From a virus (Duplodnaviria > Caudoviricetes), in IMG/VR virus record IMGVR_UViG_3300032007_000014: a DNA stretch of 64,000 bases, one strand, 5' to 3'. Shown in pieces: positions 60,025-64,000 of this stretch; position 1 is the stretch's first letter, and each line of letters starts with the position of its first letter. A model generated the notes under the pieces. It had not been told where the DNA came from, searched no databases, and was given only the letters and a program-made list of their open reading frames with translations. A program made the translations under genes and the position numbers.

Positions 60025-60052
60025 TCACTATTACTATTCATAGTAATAGTGA
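60025..60052 (-). promoter_or_regulatory. Palindromic element P8 (TATG points away from gene 60088)
   Basis: TCACTATTACTAT-TC-ATAGTAATAGTGA, 13-bp arms. Confidence 0.75.
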
Positions 60053-60087
60053 ATTCTGAAACCCAAACAACAGAAGGAACATACAAC

Positions 60088-60603
60088 ATGGCATTTCCAA
60101 CCAAAGTAATTCCATTGTCAGATGCATTTAAACAGTGGTTAAATGCAACCTTTGCACCTAAGGTGCATAAACACACAATGTCCGATATTACTGGGCTTAA
60201 TCCAATTGGTGGATCGATATACATTGTAGACGAGGGCGATATATCGAATTCAAATGAAAACACTACCATGAAAGTGTATAGAGGAGACGGTACATTACTT
60301 TCAACAAATATTACGGGTCATTGGATACAGTATTCAAACGATCTTATCGATCAATGGTTTGAATTACCACCAAATGATTACGGACATTATGATGGTGCTA
60401 TATATCCAAAATCTAAAGTAGTGTTTTCAAAACCTTTTAAAACCACATCTTACAGTATATACATGCAAGTATTTCGTGCAGATGCCAATGCTGCGGATGG
60501 ACATGGGTATGTTGAAGTAAAATATAGATACACTACTCATTTTACCTTTGACACCGCCGCATTAGCAAATTCGTGTTACATGGTAAGAATGATAGGATTC
60601 TGA
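60088..60603 (+). CDS. Tail-fibre-tip paralogue (MAFPTK family) with fibre C-terminal domain
   Basis: MAFPTKVIPLS...HKHTMSDITGL; WIQYSNDLIDQW...VVFSKPF fibre-tip motif. Confidence 0.72.
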   Translation: MAFPTKVIPLSDAFKQWLNATFAPKVHKHTMSDITGLNPIGGSIYIVDEGDISNSNENTTMKVYRGDGTLLSTNITGHWIQYSNDLIDQWFELPPNDYGHYDGAIYPKSKVVFSKPFKTTSYSIYMQVFRADANAADGHGYVEVKYRYTTHFTFDTAALANSCYMVRMIGF

Positions 60604-60661
60604 ACTTCACAACAAAAAGAAGATCTAAGGAGGATACGAGTCCTCCTTAGATCTTAGTGAT

Positions 60662-60892
60662 TCAGAACAAAGTGCTGATTGGATAAACAACCCAAATAAC
60701 AATGAATTCAGCAGGTACGAAGAACGGATAGTAATACCAAGGTTTGTTACCTCGATATCCATCTCTTATCCAACCAGACTGATATTCATACCATTCTTGT
60801 TGATCCTCTGGTGTTGTGGTGCATACACAACCTGTGCACATACCACACATCAGTAAAGACAAACAAATGATGAGAATATATCGTTTCATCAT
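60662..60892 (-). CDS. Small putative lipoprotein/membrane protein
   Basis: MMKRYILIICLSLLMCGMCTG-C plus C-terminal hydrophobic segment; ATGA overlap with the upstream gene. Confidence 0.55.
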   Translation of the reverse strand: MMKRYILIICLSLLMCGMCTGCVCTTTPEDQQEWYEYQSGWIRDGYRGNKPWYYYPFFVPAEFIVIWVVYPISTLF

Positions 60893-62070
60893 GAAATGTA
60901 TCCCATGTATTGTGACCATGATCCGGTTGTTGATGGACTCATTTCCGTGGTGCAATTTTCAAATTGGATACCAGATGCAATGGGTCCATTATTCGGTCGC
61001 ACTTCAGCCTTTGATACAGAGCTAACGCTCAATCCAGTCGTACAATTTTTGCAAATTACACATTGATCACGGTATGGTTGAGATCTCAGAAATGAGAAAT
61101 TGGTGACACTGATCCCTATACCGAATCCATCCACAGTATTGGATCGAAGCAGTGCAACATCAGATTTTTTATCAACAACCAATCCGGTACCTTGTTGATT
61201 TCCTTTGTTCACGATAACAACATCTTGCATCTGTGAAATTTTTGTTTCAGAAATCTGAATACCGCCCCATCCTTTAGCATAGATCTCCACTCTCTTGATT
61301 TCATTGCAGAAGACTTCCTGAAGACCCAATACATAAGAGTCTGCTTCATCTGTATTGGATAATCTGATGTCAAACAAAGAACAATCAGTGGTTCTTCTAG
61401 AGATCCACATCAAATTCGCACCCAACTGGAATTCAGTTCTCTTGGATGTGAAGACAATAGATGCTGGATTGTCAACGAAGCGAGTGTTGTCGTACACACG
61501 AAGTGTATATCCCGCGTGTACTTCGAATTCTCCAGAATTTGATGAGAGAGCGTGAACATAGGTATCACCTCCTTCTTCATACTGGACATGCACTATGGTT
61601 TCCTCTCCATCGGCTACAACAACTCCATCACCTGTGAATGTGTACACAGGATCTTCCGAATTGTTGATCTTTGTAAGAAGTTGATTGTAGATGGTCGTGT
61701 CGTCATCGAACGGAGCCCCTTTAATGAGCACACGGAGACCTGGTTTATAACACTTGACGCTCTGTTCTTCTGCAGAATAATCATAGACTCCTGCTGCACA
61801 ATGAATGTACGCTCTACCACCATCTGCGATGGACGTGATTCTTGTATTGATGTATTCAATACACTTGTTCAGAGAGAAGAATGGTTTAGCTTGTGTTCCA
61901 TCTCCAGTTACATCACTACCGTCTGGACTGATGTAGATGTCCAGATCGTTAGTAACAACTCTATTGGAGACAAGTTTTGCTGATTGAACATCAGGAGTCA
62001 TCTGTGCGATAGAACTTGCAAGAGATTCCTGTTCTTCAACATAACTGTCACCATGCCAAGTTTCACTCAT
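60889..62070 (-). CDS. Tail spike-like protein with right-handed beta-helix
   Basis: IYISPDGSDVTGDGTQAKPF, IHCAAGVY and G-I/L-x-V/I coil repeats; late motif at 62123-62132. Confidence 0.7.
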   Translation of the reverse strand: MSETWHGDSYVEEQESLASSIAQMTPDVQSAKLVSNRVVTNDLDIYISPDGSDVTGDGTQAKPFFSLNKCIEYINTRITSIADGGRAYIHCAAGVYDYSAEEQSVKCYKPGLRVLIKGAPFDDDTTIYNQLLTKINNSEDPVYTFTGDGVVVADGEETIVHVQYEEGGDTYVHALSSNSGEFEVHAGYTLRVYDNTRFVDNPASIVFTSKRTEFQLGANLMWISRRTTDCSLFDIRLSNTDEADSYVLGLQEVFCNEIKRVEIYAKGWGGIQISETKISQMQDVVIVNKGNQQGTGLVVDKKSDVALLRSNTVDGFGIGISVTNFSFLRSQPYRDQCVICKNCTTGLSVSSVSKAEVRPNNGPIASGIQFENCTTEMSPSTTGSWSQYMGYIS

Positions 62071-62141
62071 GATGATAAATTCCTTTTTGTGTTTATACTG
62101 TTAAATTGTGGGAATTGCCTGTTATAGGATGGCAAGAAAGA

Positions 62142-62176
62142 AGGTTAGAGAGTGTCATTATGACACTCTCTAACCT
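62142..62176 (-). terminator. Terminator hairpin (17-bp arms)
   Basis: AGGTTAGAGAGTGTCAT-T-ATGACACTCTCTAACCT with U-rich tail on the minus strand. Confidence 0.7.
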
Positions 62177-62188
62177 ACCGAAAAGAAA

Positions 62189-63106
62189 TCAGTACTTGAT
62201 ATAATGACCAAAAGCTACAGATGAATCAGCTACCCATTGTGCAAGAACATTTTCAGTATGATTCCAGGCATCATATCCAGCTGTAATCTTTTTTGTACCA
62301 GTACCGTGCAACATGTACACAATACCAGTTTCTGTGTGGATCAACTTGATATTGATCCAACAATCCCAGTTTCCATTCCAATTGGCATCTTTCTCACTGT
62401 ACGATCCAGATCCTCGTCCACTTTGGTTCCCCCAGAAACCAAAGTAACTGCTGGCTGTTCCTTCCTGAATGTCACGGCTAAATGTTGCCGAACTTCCATT
62501 TGTGATTGTTCCGGAACCACCATCAGCATAATACCATGTATAATCTTCCAAATTCCTCGTAACCTGATAGCTACTATGGATAACCCATCTTTGAGGAAGA
62601 TTTCCACTCACTCTCGTGAGAGTAACTTCAAGTCTGCATGGTCTCAGATTTTCTGGAATGTTGAATGTGATAGATCCCTGATATGAAACAACAGCTCGTA
62701 TTCCTTTTTCAGGATGTGCTGAATCATACTTCACTTCAATAGAAGAAGCTGACCATTCACCGTTCGTTGTCTGACCAACTTTACAGTTTATAGAACTTCC
62801 AGTCCTTGCATATAACCTTGGAAGGTTAAAGGTTGTTGATCCATCACCTGCACCGAACTTTGTTCCAAGTTTGGCAAACAGTGCAGAATATGTAGTTCTA
62901 CTAACTGCTTGTCCGCTGCATTTCAAGAATCCAGTCAATGCGTGATAACCTTTGACAATTGTTCCGACTGGAACTGATGGAGCAAGGTTGGTGACGTTGG
63001 TCTTGAATGTAGTGTGAGCAACTATCTTGTTCACAACATTGGTGATGAATGTTGTATCATTCGGGAGATTCTTATAATCCATCACCTTCTTTAACAAGTT
63101 AGCCAT
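62189..63106 (-). CDS. Tail fibre protein with phage tail collar domain
   Basis: VPVGTI...GFLKCSGQAVSRTTYSALFAKLGTKFGAGDGSTTFNLP; ends YIKY; AGGAGG RBS. Confidence 0.88.
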   Translation of the reverse strand: MANLLKKVMDYKNLPNDTTFITNVVNKIVAHTTFKTNVTNLAPSVPVGTIVKGYHALTGFLKCSGQAVSRTTYSALFAKLGTKFGAGDGSTTFNLPRLYARTGSSINCKVGQTTNGEWSASSIEVKYDSAHPEKGIRAVVSYQGSITFNIPENLRPCRLEVTLTRVSGNLPQRWVIHSSYQVTRNLEDYTWYYADGGSGTITNGSSATFSRDIQEGTASSYFGFWGNQSGRGSGSYSEKDANWNGNWDCWINIKLIHTETGIVYMLHGTGTKKITAGYDAWNHTENVLAQWVADSSVAFGHYIKY

Positions 63107-63173
63107 AGCACACCTCCTCGTTTCTGACAAAGAGTTGTGCTATAAACTTACAGATGGATTCAGTAACTTGGTG

Positions 63174-63818
63174 TCACCAAGTTACTGAAGGAAAGTTGTC
63201 CTTCCAGTCACCTGCAAAAATAGAACTCTTGGTTGTTCCGAAGAAATATGCAAGACTACCGGATGTATAAGTACCATTTCCAGATCCAGCATTTGTGCAC
63301 CAATTTGAAGATGCTATTTTTCCATTGATACCAACTGCTGGTAGAAAGAACAGAACAGCTTTTTGTGCTTCCTGTCGCATCAACCTAAAATAGGTTGATG
63401 TTCCTGGAACTATCGGATACATGATAATATGACTTGCACCACCATCAACGTAGTTGTGATACAATACAGTTGCCTTATTTGACGCGAGTATAGTCGATCC
63501 TGATTTGAGATCATTCACGTTGTTCGCTGCGACGATGCAATAATCCATATCCTGATATTTCAACGTTGGGATCCAGTAGTACAGGTAACCAGGGACATTG
63601 CATTTCCATATCGGATTGGTTTTATGATTAACATTTTGATCTTCAAGAGTTTTCGCATTCAAGAAATCCGGCATACCTTGTGCTGGATTCACAGGAGCTT
63701 TCACATTACGGAGTAATGCGTTTACCTCCGCTTCAGTGTAGTATCTCTCATCATGGTTGTGACCAGAAGGAGAGTATTGTCTTGAAAGACTCAATACTTT
63801 CTTCAGAAAACTAGCCAT
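63174..63818 (-). CDS. Tail-fibre-tip-like protein
   Basis: HNHDERYYTEAEVN and MPDF motifs shared with the MAFPTK family; GGAGG RBS. Confidence 0.7.
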   Translation of the reverse strand: MASFLKKVLSLSRQYSPSGHNHDERYYTEAEVNALLRNVKAPVNPAQGMPDFLNAKTLEDQNVNHKTNPIWKCNVPGYLYYWIPTLKYQDMDYCIVAANNVNDLKSGSTILASNKATVLYHNYVDGGASHIIMYPIVPGTSTYFRLMRQEAQKAVLFFLPAVGINGKIASSNWCTNAGSGNGTYTSGSLAYFFGTTKSSIFAGDWKDNFPSVTW

Positions 63819-63857
63819 GTTTTCCTCCAATTCTGTTGAAAATTTGTTGTAAATCTT

Positions 63858-63890
63858 TAGGGAACTATGCTATGATAGCATAGTTCCCTA
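63858..63890 (+). promoter_or_regulatory. Palindromic element P9 between divergent fibre genes (central TATG points at 63922)
   Basis: TAGGGAACTATGCTAT-G-ATAGCATAGTTCCCTA, 16-bp arms. Confidence 0.75.
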
Positions 63891-63921
63891 TTCAAAATCA
63901 ACTCTTAAGGAGGGATAAATC

Positions 63922-64000
63922 ATGGCATTCAATAAAAAATCTCTTCCTATTGATCTACCAACAGGAGGGAATGTACCTATCGGTACGATCATATTTTTCA
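63922..64000 (+). CDS. 5' end of a probable tail collar/fibre gene (runs off the window)
   Basis: AAGGAGG RBS; MAFNKKSLPIDLPTGGNVPIGTIIFF, where PIGTII is the typical collar start. Confidence 0.6.
   Translation, partial: MAFNKKSLPIDLPTGGNVPIGTIIFF

Noticed and set aside
59148-63818. Diversity-generating retroelement acting on fibre tips
   Set aside because: No reverse transcriptase and no TR/VR pair differing at adenines is visible in the window.
49926-63890. Palindromes read as a CRISPR array or integron attC sites
   Set aside because: Spacing is gene-sized and irregular, there are no cas or integrase genes, no RYYYAAC/GTTRRRY ends or extrahelical bases, and the sites are at gene 5' ends.
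36530-63890. Palindromes read as ordinary intrinsic terminators
   Set aside because: They are AT-rich with a conserved core and no consistent U-tract, lie upstream of start codons (two between divergent genes), and separate terminators are adjacent.

Overview
This window is a 64-kb segment of a phiKZ-like jumbo phage genome (standard genetic code). It probably infects an anaerobe, as it carries rubrerythrin. Hallmark genes are PhuZ tubulin, two virion RNA polymerase subunits (gp178-like beta and gp180-like beta' with DFDGD), a gp181-like tape-measure protein, baseplate/tail proteins, dNMP kinase, ThyX, a DHH phosphoesterase and a patatin. The beta gene is split by an ORF-less 378-nt group I intron (21790-21413). 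Two promoter classes can be read from the sequence: TATATTAC-type early motifs, all on the minus strand, and a late-type motif (C/A)NATNYTAT(G/A). The main observation is nine perfect 28-35-bp palindromes, each made of two late-promoter-like half-sites fused around a 1-2-nt centre. They sit in front of paralogous head-cargo and tail-fibre-tip genes. Only the centre decides in which direction TATG is read, and it points toward the gene at some loci and away at others. I propose these are minimal invertible ON/OFF promoters that vary virion composition; this is a hypothesis and needs read-level testing. Other points of interest are a short MKFK...SxE capsid-targeting-like leader, a head polyprotein made of toxin-immunity-like domains, a candidate early sRNA, a poly-C hairpin element present twice, and peptide/DNA modules shared between unrelated tail genes. 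All family assignments are from motif recognition, not database searches.
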